Under the pieces are notes generated by a model. That model ran no database searches, was not told where the DNA came from, and saw only the letters and a program-made list of their open reading frames with translations. A DNA stretch of 56,304 bases from a virus (Duplodnaviria > Caudoviricetes), in IMG/VR virus record IMGVR_UViG_3300006922_000026, positions 1 to 56,304 of that record; one strand, written 5' to 3'. Positions 18,272 through 27,605 of the stretch are shown in pieces. Numbering within the stretch: position 1 is the first letter of the stretch; every line of letters begins with the position of its first letter. Made by a program: the position numbers and the translations under genes.

Positions 18272-19349
18272 TTTGTCCATCTCCAAGTTGGTAGTCTCTG
18301 TATTCAAAGTCTTGTTGTCGCATATTAATATTATAACCATACTGTTGATCTAAACGTAATTCATAAAAGTTTCCTAAACCATCATCACGTCTTAATACCC
18401 AGTCTGGGTTTTGATCATACAGTTCTATTCCTGTTTCAGGATCTTTACCTAACTGTATACCTTTTTGTCTTGAGTCTAATGCTCCACGCATAAGTCTTGC
18501 TAATGCTTGGTTAATTTGATCTAAGATATTAGCAAGAAAGTTATTACCTAAGAAGTCTACGTCCAGGTCGGTCATCCAAAGACCCTTTTCACTTTCTGCA
18601 AAGTAGTTTGTATTAAGTTCATCAAAGTCTAAAAAGTCGACGCCTAAGAAGTCGCCTAACTTTCTAACTCTTTCATATTCTTGTTGTTCATTATCATACA
18701 CAGGCTTGCGTATGATTAGCAAGTTGTTAATGATTAAGTTTGTTGGATCTAACAAAAGGGGTTTCAGTGGAGCACTCGCACGAGTGTTAACCGAAGTAAC
18801 TTGGAAGGCCTGATTGAGTATTACTATACCCACATCGGACTCCACTGAAATTTCACCTACTACACATATCCCATTAGTCGTACAACTGGGTAGTAGGATT
18901 ACCATAGTATTACCTGTTTCGTCTACAGTCATGGTAAAATCTGTTCCTCTAACACCAATTACTGCTGTTGGTGTTTTTATCTTGACATTCTGTCTTGAAT
19001 TCTTTGCGATTTGTCCAGACGCATAACGTACAGTACCAAGTGATGCCTTCAAACTCAGTGCTCCTGTCTTTGTGTTTGGATCATAAACAAAATCGTCTAT
19101 TATTAATTTACTGTGGGGAGTAACGTCGACTCTGGTCTCGTCAACAAATTCAATCGCGGTTGCTCCTTGCTGTGTTAGTACTGTGTCCATACTAAACACA
19201 TCGGTGTCCTTTTCACTCTTTACTACATCACCCTCTTGCCTTTCAATTACTGCGTTACCTTCTTGTTTGATAACGTCACCAATTGAGTTGGCAAGAGCCG
19301 ATGAAACAGTCAAGACGAGGAATGATATTAAAACACCTAACTTCAACAT
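18243..19349 (-). CDS. FecR-domain periplasmic protein
   Basis: Signal peptide; D.V.T.....I.F.D.T, KTPTAVIGVRGTDF FecR signature. Confidence 0.9.
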   Translation of the reverse strand: MLKLGVLISFLVLTVSSALANSIGDVIKQEGNAVIERQEGDVVKSEKDTDVFSMDTVLTQQGATAIEFVDETRVDVTPHSKLIIDDFVYDPNTKTGALSLKASLGTVRYASGQIAKNSRQNVKIKTPTAVIGVRGTDFTMTVDETGNTMVILLPSCTTNGICVVGEISVESDVGIVILNQAFQVTSVNTRASAPLKPLLLDPTNLIINNLLIIRKPVYDNEQQEYERVRKLGDFLGVDFLDFDELNTNYFAESEKGLWMTDLDVDFLGNNFLANILDQINQALARLMRGALDSRQKGIQLGKDPETGIELYDQNPDWVLRRDDGLGNFYELRLDQQYGYNINMRQQDFEYRDYQLGDGQNEIDIVQVQ

Positions 19350-19352
19350 ACG

Positions 19353-20057
19353 TTAATCGCTCTGCGTAATGTTGATGGCCGCGTTGTCACCACTTGTTGT
19401 CAAATTGATGATGTTGTCATATACACCTGATTGTGATATAACTGTTAATCCTGCATCACCAGTATGGCTGTGTGTTAACGTATGACCGTTAGTATCTCCG
19501 TCACCAGTTTGTGTGTAGGTTGCTACGTTACCTGCACTACCTGAACTGTTTGAAACGTCGATATCTGCTATTGCACTTTTACCGTTTGCTGTTAGTGTAA
19601 TTGTTTCGTCTGCCGCACTTGTTACATCTATTGTACCAGTGAAACTTTCTGCATCTGCGCCTTCACCAATATTTACATTAATGTCTGCACTTGATCCAGT
19701 TACGTCAATACTCATACTTACAGTGTCACAGTTTCCTGCTCCTGAACTATCACAGAGTAATGCTACATCATTACTGTTACCAGTAAGATCAATATTACCT
19801 GTGTAAGTTACACCTTTAACTACTGCTGATACTACGTTAGCACCACCAATTTGGTCAATGTTAAAAGTCATTGTGTTACCAGTTAGTGTGATTGCTGTAC
19901 TTGATGTACCTGCAACGTTATTGTTCCCGTCTTGTGTTATGTCCAAATCTAAGTTATTACCACTTTGCGTAATATAAATGTCATTCGCTATCGCTGGTGT
20001 TAAGAAAAGTAACATACTTATAAACAGGATACTTCTTAATGAAAATGCTTTGTTCAT
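19353..20057 (-). CDS. Curlin-like subunit (CsgA/CsgB-like)
   Basis: Signal peptide; IYITQSGNN, ITQDGNNN, IDQIGGAN, ISQSG..N repeats. Confidence 0.8.
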   Translation of the reverse strand: MNKAFSLRSILFISMLLFLTPAIANDIYITQSGNNLDLDITQDGNNNVAGTSSTAITLTGNTMTFNIDQIGGANVVSAVVKGVTYTGNIDLTGNSNDVALLCDSSGAGNCDTVSMSIDVTGSSADINVNIGEGADAESFTGTIDVTSAADETITLTANGKSAIADIDVSNSSGSAGNVATYTQTGDGDTNGHTLTHSHTGDAGLTVISQSGVYDNIINLTTSGDNAAINITQSD

Positions 20058-21109
20058 CTTCTTTCTCCTATATTATTTGTTCCTTCTTCGTTTACTTCCT
20101 TCTTCTCTGTGCGAAGTCTTTCGTACTTAAATTGTGCTACAGCAACATCTGATGGTATACACAGATTGTTATCTGAACAATATAAAGTCTTACCCGGCCA
20201 CTTTTTATACGCCTCGACGTCTGGCAATGGGCGGAGGTGTGGGATAGAAATGTCAACTTCTACATCGTCGGTCTGATGTACAACCTTCGGTGATTCAACC
20301 ACCGCCGGCTTCTCGACTATTTTCTTCTTAAACTTCCAAAGACCATTCGCTTCTCCTCTGGTCACTAACTCTACTATTGCCGCCTCGATGGCCGCACGAA
20401 CTGCATAGTTAGTTGGTTCATTAACAGCAGAACCGGCTTCTATTTCAAGCGCCTTTGTTCCCATGTCAAGAAACCTAAATACGTCTGCTCCAGACGCATA
20501 AGATGCAATCGTTTTTTCAGTTGCTACGCTTAATAATACTTCACCAGTTTGTACACTCACGATACGCATTGCTACTGTTACTTTGTCTGTTCGATACTGT
20601 GTGTTTGCGCCAATACCAAAGTATCTTGCGCCAGCACCGCCACTTGTAATGTTACTGTCATATCCAATAACACCACCTTCTAAAAGTAACCCTGCAAATT
20701 TCATAGGCTTTAATTTGTTACTGCCCTCTTTGCCTTCATACAACTCCCTTGTTGATCTAATTAACTGCCTTTCTTTTACTAAATTTTCTAATCCTACTCT
20801 TTCTAAAACAGTGAACCAAGTTCCGTTACCTACTTCTTGTAATCCACTTATCACCCAAACCTCAGCACCTTGTGTAACTGCTGAACTTAACTGTGAGAAA
20901 TTCTCACTTGGTTTACGCTGTCCTGTTTTATCAGTAAATCCATATATTGCTATGGTGATCTTTTCACCATCTAACTCTGGAGTTCTTTTTAATACGTTTT
21001 CAATAGGACTTCTAACTACTTTAGGATTTTCAATCATAGAATCAGGCATGGTTGTCGCACACCCTGTCATGAGAACCATCGCTAATAGTATTGTTATTAT
21101 CCTAAACAT
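20054..21109 (-). CDS. csgG: Curli secretion channel CsgG lipoprotein
   Basis: Lipobox LMTGC; FTDKTGQRKP, SSAVTQG, WFTVLERVGLENLVKERQLIR, EGGVIGYD. Confidence 0.95.
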   Translation of the reverse strand: MFRIITILLAMVLMTGCATTMPDSMIENPKVVRSPIENVLKRTPELDGEKITIAIYGFTDKTGQRKPSENFSQLSSAVTQGAEVWVISGLQEVGNGTWFTVLERVGLENLVKERQLIRSTRELYEGKEGSNKLKPMKFAGLLLEGGVIGYDSNITSGGAGARYFGIGANTQYRTDKVTVAMRIVSVQTGEVLLSVATEKTIASYASGADVFRFLDMGTKALEIEAGSAVNEPTNYAVRAAIEAAIVELVTRGEANGLWKFKKKIVEKPAVVESPKVVHQTDDVEVDISIPHLRPLPDVEAYKKWPGKTLYCSDNNLCIPSDVAVAQFKYERLRTEKKEVNEEGTNNIGERR

Positions 21110-21113
21110 TTTC

Positions 21114-21584
21114 TTAAAATCCGAATCCGCTTAATGGAACAACTATTTCTGTGGTAGTACCGTCTTCATTTGTAATTGTTACAGTAATAGTATCCGAGGT
21201 AGTATCTTTAACCCAGTAAACTGTAGCACCTTCAATGGTTGCTGTTCCTGAGTTGGCACCGTCATCAGTAAACATATTATCTACCAACTGCTTACTTAAC
21301 TGTGCGTAAATTCTTGATTCGACGTTATTAAGAAACTTCGCAAGAGTTGTGGACTCTGCTTCACGTTTGGCTTTAGCCGCATCGGCCGCCGCTTTTTCTT
21401 CTGCTTCTTTTTTACGTTGGAATTGTAATTGCTCTATAGAAAGCACGTGGTTGGAATAACCTTGCCCTGAAAACGAAGGATTTTTAAATTCAAATGTAAG
21501 GTCACTTGCCACCGCGGGCGGTGACGTTGTTATGTGAAGCAATCCCAGTAATAGAATCACTCCTGTTCGAGTCAGTTTTAGCAT
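21114..21584 (-). CDS. csgF: Curli assembly protein CsgF
   Basis: Signal peptide then LTFEFKNPSFSG; adjacent to csgG. Confidence 0.9.
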   Translation of the reverse strand: MLKLTRTGVILLLGLLHITTSPPAVASDLTFEFKNPSFSGQGYSNHVLSIEQLQFQRKKEAEEKAAADAAKAKREAESTTLAKFLNNVESRIYAQLSKQLVDNMFTDDGANSGTATIEGATVYWVKDTTSDTITVTITNEDGTTTEIVVPLSGFGF

Positions 21585-21723
21585 TAATTGCCCTCCACAT
21601 GTATTTACCGTAGATCGAATCAGATTTCACCAGGTACAAAAATCTGACGGTCACATTAATTTGTTACGTTTAAATGTTGGTTTTTTGACGGTCTGGTGAT
21701 TTAATCAGTACATAAATATGTGT

Positions 21724-23772
21724 ATGAAATACATAACTCACTGGGCAACTGCCTTACTCACTTTAGCATTTCTTACATTCTACGGATATTCAGATCCATA
21801 CGTTAAACAAATATTAAGATTAAAAAGTTTTGATGTTGTTCAACGTTCCGATACTCCTGTGATTAGCGAAGATATTGCTATACTTGAGATAGATGAGAAA
21901 GCGATTGAGCAGTATGGACAATGGCCTTGGAAACGTTCAGTACTTGCAGATGTTATATGGAAGTTGCGTGAGTCAGGTGCAGGAGTAATTGTACTACCTA
22001 TATTGTTTTCAGAGGAAGATAGACTTGGTGGTGACATGGAACTTGCTCAAGCAATAGCCGGGAACGCTGTTGTAATTGCACAAGTAGGAACAACTCAAGC
22101 AAACAAGAACGCAGTACCAAGAGGTGTTGCCAAGATAGGTGATCCTATGCCTTGGTTATTTGAATGGCCAGGTATGTTAGGACCAATAGAGTTATTAGGA
22201 ATGAACGCTGATGGTGTTGGTGTTGTAAACACTGTACCAGAGATAGATGGTGTTGTACGTAGAATGCCACTTATAATGCGTGTAGGTGATGAAACATATC
22301 CTGCAATGGCAATAGAAACAATACGTGTTGCTACAGGCGATCCAAGTTATCAAGTTAAAACAGAACAAGGCGGCATAACAAAAATGCGTGTTCCTGCATA
22401 TGCAACTATACAGACAGATGCTAACGGACGCATATGGTTACGTTGGAACAAACAATTTCCAACATATAGTTTAGTAGAAGATGATTACACACAACTTGCA
22501 GGCAAGACTGTTATTATAAGTCCTACAGCAGAAGGACTCAACAGTATCATTGCTACACCTAACGGAGAACGTTATTCACACTTGCTAACTGCAACAGCAT
22601 TGCAAACAATTATCAATGGCGATACTATTGTTAGAATGGACTATGCTACGTTTGTAGAGTGGGCAGGAACTGCTTTACTTGGTCTTATAATCATCTTAAT
22701 GGCTCTTAAAACACCGTATTGGCTTGTAGGCACTGTTATAGTTGCTGTACCAATAAGTGCTGTGTATGGAGCATATTTTGCTTTTACAAGGCATTTACAA
22801 CTATGGGATTGGAGTTGGCCGGTGATTGTAGTTGTAATCGTCGGATTACATGCAGTGTTTAATAGGTTCGCAAAAGAGTTCTTTGAGAAACAAGCAATTA
22901 AAAAACAGTTCGCAGGATACGCATCTCCAACAGTTGTGCGTATGCTACAAGAGAATCCAGCACTAATCAAAGACGGTATGAAGAAAGAAGTTAGCATACT
23001 GTTTTCAGACTTACGAGGCTTTACACCATTAGGTGAATCATTTGGTGATGATGTAAAAGGCCTAACAAAAATTATGAATGGCTACATGGACGCAATTACG
23101 CAACCTGTACTTGATGCTGATGGTATGATTATTAAGTACATCGGCGATGCAAGTATGCACATACATAATGCACCGATAGAAGATCCTGAACACCCTAAGA
23201 CAGCAGTTCGTACAGGATTGAATATGTTAACAGCAGTGGAGAAATTTAATGATAAAATCACAGCAGAAGGACGGCCGCCAATTGGCATGGGAGCAGGCAT
23301 CAATACAGGACTTGGCTATCTTGGAGAAATGGGTAGCACCGCAAGACATTCGTACGATGTACTCGGAGACGCAGTCAGTACAGCCGCAAGAATCGAAAGC
23401 AAATGTAAAGAATACGGATGCCTACTATTAGTAGGTGATGCTACGTATAAGCAAACCAAAGACGATTTCTTTTACTTAAAAGTAGATGAACTACAAGTAA
23501 AAGGCAAGAGTGTTGGTATTATTATATGGACTGTGCTTGATGGTATGAATACTAATTCAGATCGCAAGAGTCAGAAAATGCACCAAGAAATGCACGAAGC
23601 ATACAGAGCCCAGAAGTTTGATGAAGCAATATGGATCTGTGAAAAACTAATGAGACACTTTGATGGCAAAATGGAAGGCTATTATAAGATGTGGATTGAA
23701 CGTTGTGAGTTCCAGAAAACACAAGACTTACCTAAAGACTGGAACGGTATAATGATTGCTACTTCGAAGTAG
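21724..23772 (+). CDS. CHASE2-domain class III adenylate cyclase
   Basis: IDEKAI..GQWPWKR and DGVVRR (CHASE2), three TMs, FSDLRGFT, KYIGDA, GINTG, YDVLGDAVSTAARIES; start probably ATG 21724 after ATAAATA. Confidence 0.95.
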   Translation: MKYITHWATALLTLAFLTFYGYSDPYVKQILRLKSFDVVQRSDTPVISEDIAILEIDEKAIEQYGQWPWKRSVLADVIWKLRESGAGVIVLPILFSEEDRLGGDMELAQAIAGNAVVIAQVGTTQANKNAVPRGVAKIGDPMPWLFEWPGMLGPIELLGMNADGVGVVNTVPEIDGVVRRMPLIMRVGDETYPAMAIETIRVATGDPSYQVKTEQGGITKMRVPAYATIQTDANGRIWLRWNKQFPTYSLVEDDYTQLAGKTVIISPTAEGLNSIIATPNGERYSHLLTATALQTIINGDTIVRMDYATFVEWAGTALLGLIIILMALKTPYWLVGTVIVAVPISAVYGAYFAFTRHLQLWDWSWPVIVVVIVGLHAVFNRFAKEFFEKQAIKKQFAGYASPTVVRMLQENPALIKDGMKKEVSILFSDLRGFTPLGESFGDDVKGLTKIMNGYMDAITQPVLDADGMIIKYIGDASMHIHNAPIEDPEHPKTAVRTGLNMLTAVEKFNDKITAEGRPPIGMGAGINTGLGYLGEMGSTARHSYDVLGDAVSTAARIESKCKEYGCLLLVGDATYKQTKDDFFYLKVDELQVKGKSVGIIIWTVLDGMNTNSDRKSQKMHQEMHEAYRAQKFDEAIWICEKLMRHFDGKMEGYYKMWIERCEFQKTQDLPKDWNGIMIATSK

Positions 23773-24037
23773 GCTTTTTAACTTTATCTTTATCTCTACG
23801 TTCTTTTGCTTGATGCTCAAGAACCATATTTAATTTTTGATTTAATCTAATCATATCGTTATCTAACATACGAACACGATCAATTAATGCTATCAGAGTG
23901 CTATTGGCTTGTCCAAGTACAGGTTTAATTTCTGTTGTAACCCATTTCCATACATAGAATACAAAGTATCCCATACCCATTGCCGCAACGACAGGAAAAC
24001 CAAAGTCCTTAATTACAGTCGCTAACTCTGATGTCAT
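23759..24037 (-). CDS. Small TM plus coiled-coil protein (paralog A)
   Basis: GFPVVAAMGMGYFVFY...LIDRVRMLDNDMIRL; start revised to ATG 24037. Confidence 0.75.
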   Translation of the reverse strand: MTSELATVIKDFGFPVVAAMGMGYFVFYVWKWVTTEIKPVLGQANSTLIALIDRVRMLDNDMIRLNQKLNMVLEHQAKERRDKDKVKKPTSK

Positions 24038-24038
24038 A

Positions 24039-24239
24039 CTATCCTTGTATTCCTGTAGATATGTAACCGCCAAGGTCCGGAGAACCTACACCAAAGCCCC
24101 AGATGAATCCAACTGCAACTCCTATTGCTAAACCAATAAGAACTGATTTAACCATATCGCTATCGTACCAGTAACCTTGTCTTTGTAAGAACTGATCTGT
24201 TTGCTTGTGCCCTGTAGTGTTTCTATAAAAATTCTTCAA
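24039..24239 (-). CDS. Small membrane protein
   Basis: 66 aa, Gly-rich TM helix. Confidence 0.6.
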   Translation of the reverse strand: MKNFYRNTTGHKQTDQFLQRQGYWYDSDMVKSVLIGLAIGVAVGFIWGFGVGSPDLGGYISTGIQG

Positions 24240-24254
24240 CTTCTTCCCCTAATG

Positions 24255-24533
24255 TTAGTCACGTCTTGCATCTTCTTTGCCCTCATTGGCCGCTAATCTA
24301 TCTACATTAGGTTTTACTCCTAATGCATAACTCAACAGGGTATCTATCTTAACAAGATCATTATTCATAGTTTGTACTCGGTTGTCGAGCGATTGAATGA
24401 TGTTCTTCAATCCCATTACGGAACCGGTTACTGATGCAAGTATAAATTTTAGTGTAGTGAAAACAAAAAAGCCTGCCGCTATAGCCCCTGCGATAGGAAA
24501 TCCAACTTCACCCACAAATGATAAAAAGTCCAT
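24255..24533 (-). CDS. Small TM plus coiled-coil protein (paralog B)
   Basis: GFPIAGAIAAGFFVF...LDNRVQTMNNDLVKI; start revised to ATG 24533 with AGGAGG RBS. Confidence 0.75.
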   Translation of the reverse strand: MDFLSFVGEVGFPIAGAIAAGFFVFTTLKFILASVTGSVMGLKNIIQSLDNRVQTMNNDLVKIDTLLSYALGVKPNVDRLAANEGKEDARRD

Positions 24534-24579
24534 TTGTGCCCTCCTGTTGTTTATATTAGTATTTATAATAAATATGCGT

Positions 24580-24939
24580 ATGGAACTGTTTATCCTGTTG
24601 CTCATCAAGCACTCAATAATTGACTTAGGACTTCAACCGTTATCTTATCCGCAAGGAAAAGGTAAGGCCAATTACTTTGGTTACATGGGTCATTTAGGAC
24701 ATTACGTGCCACATGGTGTCGGTACACTCTTTGTACTACTATTCTTTGTAGACCCGTGTACGGCGCTCTTAGGCGGTTTAATCGACTGGTTTTTGCACTG
24801 GAATATCGACTTTACTAAAACTACAATCCGTAATAAAAAGGGTTGGACTAATAATGATCGACAGTTTTGGTTGTTAAATGCATTGGATCAAATCCTGCAT
24901 TATCTAACATATTTCTTAATTATACTTTGGGTAGTATAG
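24580..24939 (+). CDS. DUF3307-like membrane protein
   Basis: KH..D..LQ, H..H, HW.ID..K, DQ.LH motifs; ATAAATA immediately upstream. Confidence 0.75.
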   Translation: MELFILLLIKHSIIDLGLQPLSYPQGKGKANYFGYMGHLGHYVPHGVGTLFVLLFFVDPCTALLGGLIDWFLHWNIDFTKTTIRNKKGWTNNDRQFWLLNALDQILHYLTYFLIILWVV

Positions 24940-24969
24940 AGGACCCGAAGGTCCCCTATATTATTTTGA
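24940..24969. terminator. Hairpin between convergent genes
   Basis: GGACC-CGAA-GGTCC followed by T-rich tract. Confidence 0.6.
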
Positions 24970-26040
24970 TTAGAACTTGTATCTAATTGATCCTACGATT
25001 TGATCAGTTTCGGCGTAGTCAACTCCTGTAAAAGTTGATGTACCTGCTTTGTCATGGTAGTAAAGTCCTACTTCTAAGCCGTCCTGTTTGTCAGCACGTT
25101 TAGTGACATCACGGTTTGTTACTACGTTGTAAACAACACCATAGTAATTACCATCATATCCTAAGTCATCATTTTCAGTTCTATGTGCAGTAACATAAAT
25201 TGACTCATTTACAAAATACATTGCACCCACGTCAATTCTGTTATCACTTGCAAGACCTGTGTCTTTGTCGTCCCACACTTCAGCACCCCAAGTCATTGGA
25301 ATACCAAATCTAAATAGTGAACCGCCAACGGAATAACCTTCCTGCATTGTGTCTACTGTGTAACTTGCAGAACCATCTGCTTTCGTATCAATCATCATGT
25401 ATGATACATCAGCAAGTCCCATTAGACTTACAGTTGCACTTGCATAAGTTGATTGTTCGTTAGCATCATAACCTAATACAAAACCGTATGGTTGATTAGG
25501 GTCAAGTCTATATGTATCAAAGTCAAACTCTGAATCACGCTCGAAGCCACCAAATGTAATAACTGTTTTATTGTTATGATCTAATCTATTACTACTTTCA
25601 GTAATAATAATTGGAGCACCAATTTTTCCAGTTTTTGCAAAGCCTAAACGTTGTGCGTCTGTTTCACCTAAATAGATTGTTGCAAAGTCATTGCCAAGGC
25701 CAATTTGTTTTTCAACCATGGTATTGTCTTTCGTAGCGTCTAAGGCATAGTCACTATCGTAAGTCATACTTGCACCAGCATAATCGATATTCAAACCGTT
25801 ATCTGGTAACTCTACATCAAATCCAACTTGTAATTCTGAACGGGCTTCCCAGCCACTGTCGAATAATTTATCGTTGTAGTATCCTTCAATTTCACCTGAT
25901 ATAAACATACCGTTTGGTAAACTTGGAACATTACTACTTTCAAGATCTGAAACTCTTTGTTCCAGTGTCTTATCTTCAGCCAATGCTTGTGTAGTCGCTA
26001 AACCAACAAGAAGGGCTAAACTAAAGATTAGTTTTTTCAT
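24970..26040 (-). CDS. Outer-membrane porin-like beta-barrel protein
   Basis: Signal peptide (QALA), LEQRVSDLE coil, amphipathic strands, C-terminal IRYKF BAM signal. Confidence 0.75.
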   Translation of the reverse strand: MKKLIFSLALLVGLATTQALAEDKTLEQRVSDLESSNVPSLPNGMFISGEIEGYYNDKLFDSGWEARSELQVGFDVELPDNGLNIDYAGASMTYDSDYALDATKDNTMVEKQIGLGNDFATIYLGETDAQRLGFAKTGKIGAPIIITESSNRLDHNNKTVITFGGFERDSEFDFDTYRLDPNQPYGFVLGYDANEQSTYASATVSLMGLADVSYMMIDTKADGSASYTVDTMQEGYSVGGSLFRFGIPMTWGAEVWDDKDTGLASDNRIDVGAMYFVNESIYVTAHRTENDDLGYDGNYYGVVYNVVTNRDVTKRADKQDGLEVGLYYHDKAGTSTFTGVDYAETDQIVGSIRYKF

Positions 26041-26069
26041 TTGCTTCTGTTTCCTATATTTTATTGCAA

Positions 26070-26095
26070 TAAAAAAGACACTGTGTCAGTGTCTT
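26070..26095 (-). terminator. Terminator-like hairpin in porin leader
   Basis: AAGACACTG-ACA-CAGTGTCTT followed by T-tract, about 30 nt before porin ATG. Confidence 0.6.
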
Positions 26096-26220
26096 CTTAG
26101 TAATTATGCACTCTTTTGTCGCATAATCTTAAAAGTGGCAAACCTATGCCGCTCTTATTTCTCTGTGGATTTTGGTAGGGATGTCTCTAATCCGAGTTAT
26201 TTATCGGAGTTGGGGGATTA

Positions 26221-27594
26221 TTAATCTTGGGGTTTAGCGATGTTTGTAAGTTGAACGTAAAGAGGACCTTTTTCAATATAGTTACGTAGGTAGCCGTCGG
26301 AATAATAAGTTCTTATTCCTACTAATTTTTTTCCTGAAGTTTGGTCGACGATATTAATTTGTGGTCTTGTTTTTTTCTCGTCATACTCGGCCATCAAGTT
26401 TAAACCAGCATCTTGCATCTTGTCTAATCTTTTTGCATCTAATATTATTGTACCTTTACCGGTAAATTGTTTTAGCAACACATCATCGTCGCCTCTGTTC
26501 TTCCACCATTTCAATGCTTTTACAAAAGTGTTCAAGAATGCTTTTTCGTCATTATCTGTAGTTAAGGATTTATTAATAGAGTCAACTGCTTCTCTGTATG
26601 CAATTTCTTGTGCTTTAAGTCTACCTGCAGGTTGCTTTTTAGAAGATGCCATTTCAATAAACTTATCCTTAATAGAACTAATGTCTGCGATTTTAGCATA
26701 TCCATGAACACCAAATAAATCATCGTTTAGTATATTATATCTTTGTTCTGGTGTTGCCGCTTTGCTTGTGTTAGAATCTTTTACTGCACCTCCACCTACT
26801 TGATGGATTTGGCTTGTTTGGCCTGCTTTGATACTGTATCCTCTGTATTTCTTTTCTGTTTCGTTTTCAAACTCTATATCTGTTTTTCTTTCTTGTTCTC
26901 CGCTTACACCGTCACCTATAACTCTTACTTCATCGTATTTGTTATTGTTTGCATAAACATCTGCTCTTCTACCTGTCTCGTCATTAGCATCGTCAATAAT
27001 ATCCTTGACATAAGATGCAAAATCTTTATCTTCAAGTACAGCAAAATTTTGAAAGTATTTCCATGATCCAGGTTTCAAAGCAATCGTTACAGAAAACATA
27101 TCTGCTAAATCTGGATTTTCTGTTTCATTTCTTTTCAGTGTAAATATTTGATTATTTTTTAACTTAGGTATAAATGTTCTTATTTGATCTAAAGTAATAT
27201 CTTTTGTAGGTCGAGCAATAAGTCTTACAAAGGCCGCTATTGCGTGGTATCCTTCTGACACTTCACCTCTATTAAATTTTAACTTATCTTCTGTTTCACC
27301 TTTAATCTCATTAGACTTAAAAAGGTTTCCTGCTGGTACTGATGTAACATCTTTTCCTAAATGATCTTTTCCTTTACCAGTAATAAGATCACCTAAATGC
27401 TTAATTGGTTTCTGTCCTGGATTTGCTGTAAATACTTTGTTTGGATCTTCTGATGCGCCAACATAAAAAGTACGATCTTTATCTGTGGCTCCTGCTAACT
27501 TACTATTGATTCCGTCAATGTAACCAGAGACACTCGAGTCTCTTGCGGACTTAACCATGGCCATTTCGGTTATTTTAAACTGTGCGTATCTCAT
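26221..27594 (-). CDS. Late hypothetical (probable virion) protein
   Basis: 457 aa; MRYAQFKITE N-terminus; TAAATA 8 nt upstream. Confidence 0.75.
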   Translation of the reverse strand: MRYAQFKITEMAMVKSARDSSVSGYIDGINSKLAGATDKDRTFYVGASEDPNKVFTANPGQKPIKHLGDLITGKGKDHLGKDVTSVPAGNLFKSNEIKGETEDKLKFNRGEVSEGYHAIAAFVRLIARPTKDITLDQIRTFIPKLKNNQIFTLKRNETENPDLADMFSVTIALKPGSWKYFQNFAVLEDKDFASYVKDIIDDANDETGRRADVYANNNKYDEVRVIGDGVSGEQERKTDIEFENETEKKYRGYSIKAGQTSQIHQVGGGAVKDSNTSKAATPEQRYNILNDDLFGVHGYAKIADISSIKDKFIEMASSKKQPAGRLKAQEIAYREAVDSINKSLTTDNDEKAFLNTFVKALKWWKNRGDDDVLLKQFTGKGTIILDAKRLDKMQDAGLNLMAEYDEKKTRPQINIVDQTSGKKLVGIRTYYSDGYLRNYIEKGPLYVQLTNIAKPQD

Positions 27595-27605
27595 TGTATA
27601 CGTAT

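Noticed and set aside
21640-21657. CRP-like site AAATCTGA-CGG-TCACATT next to the cyclase
   Set aside because: Half-site spacing is 3 nt rather than 6, so it is not called a CRP box; kept only as part of the repeat observation
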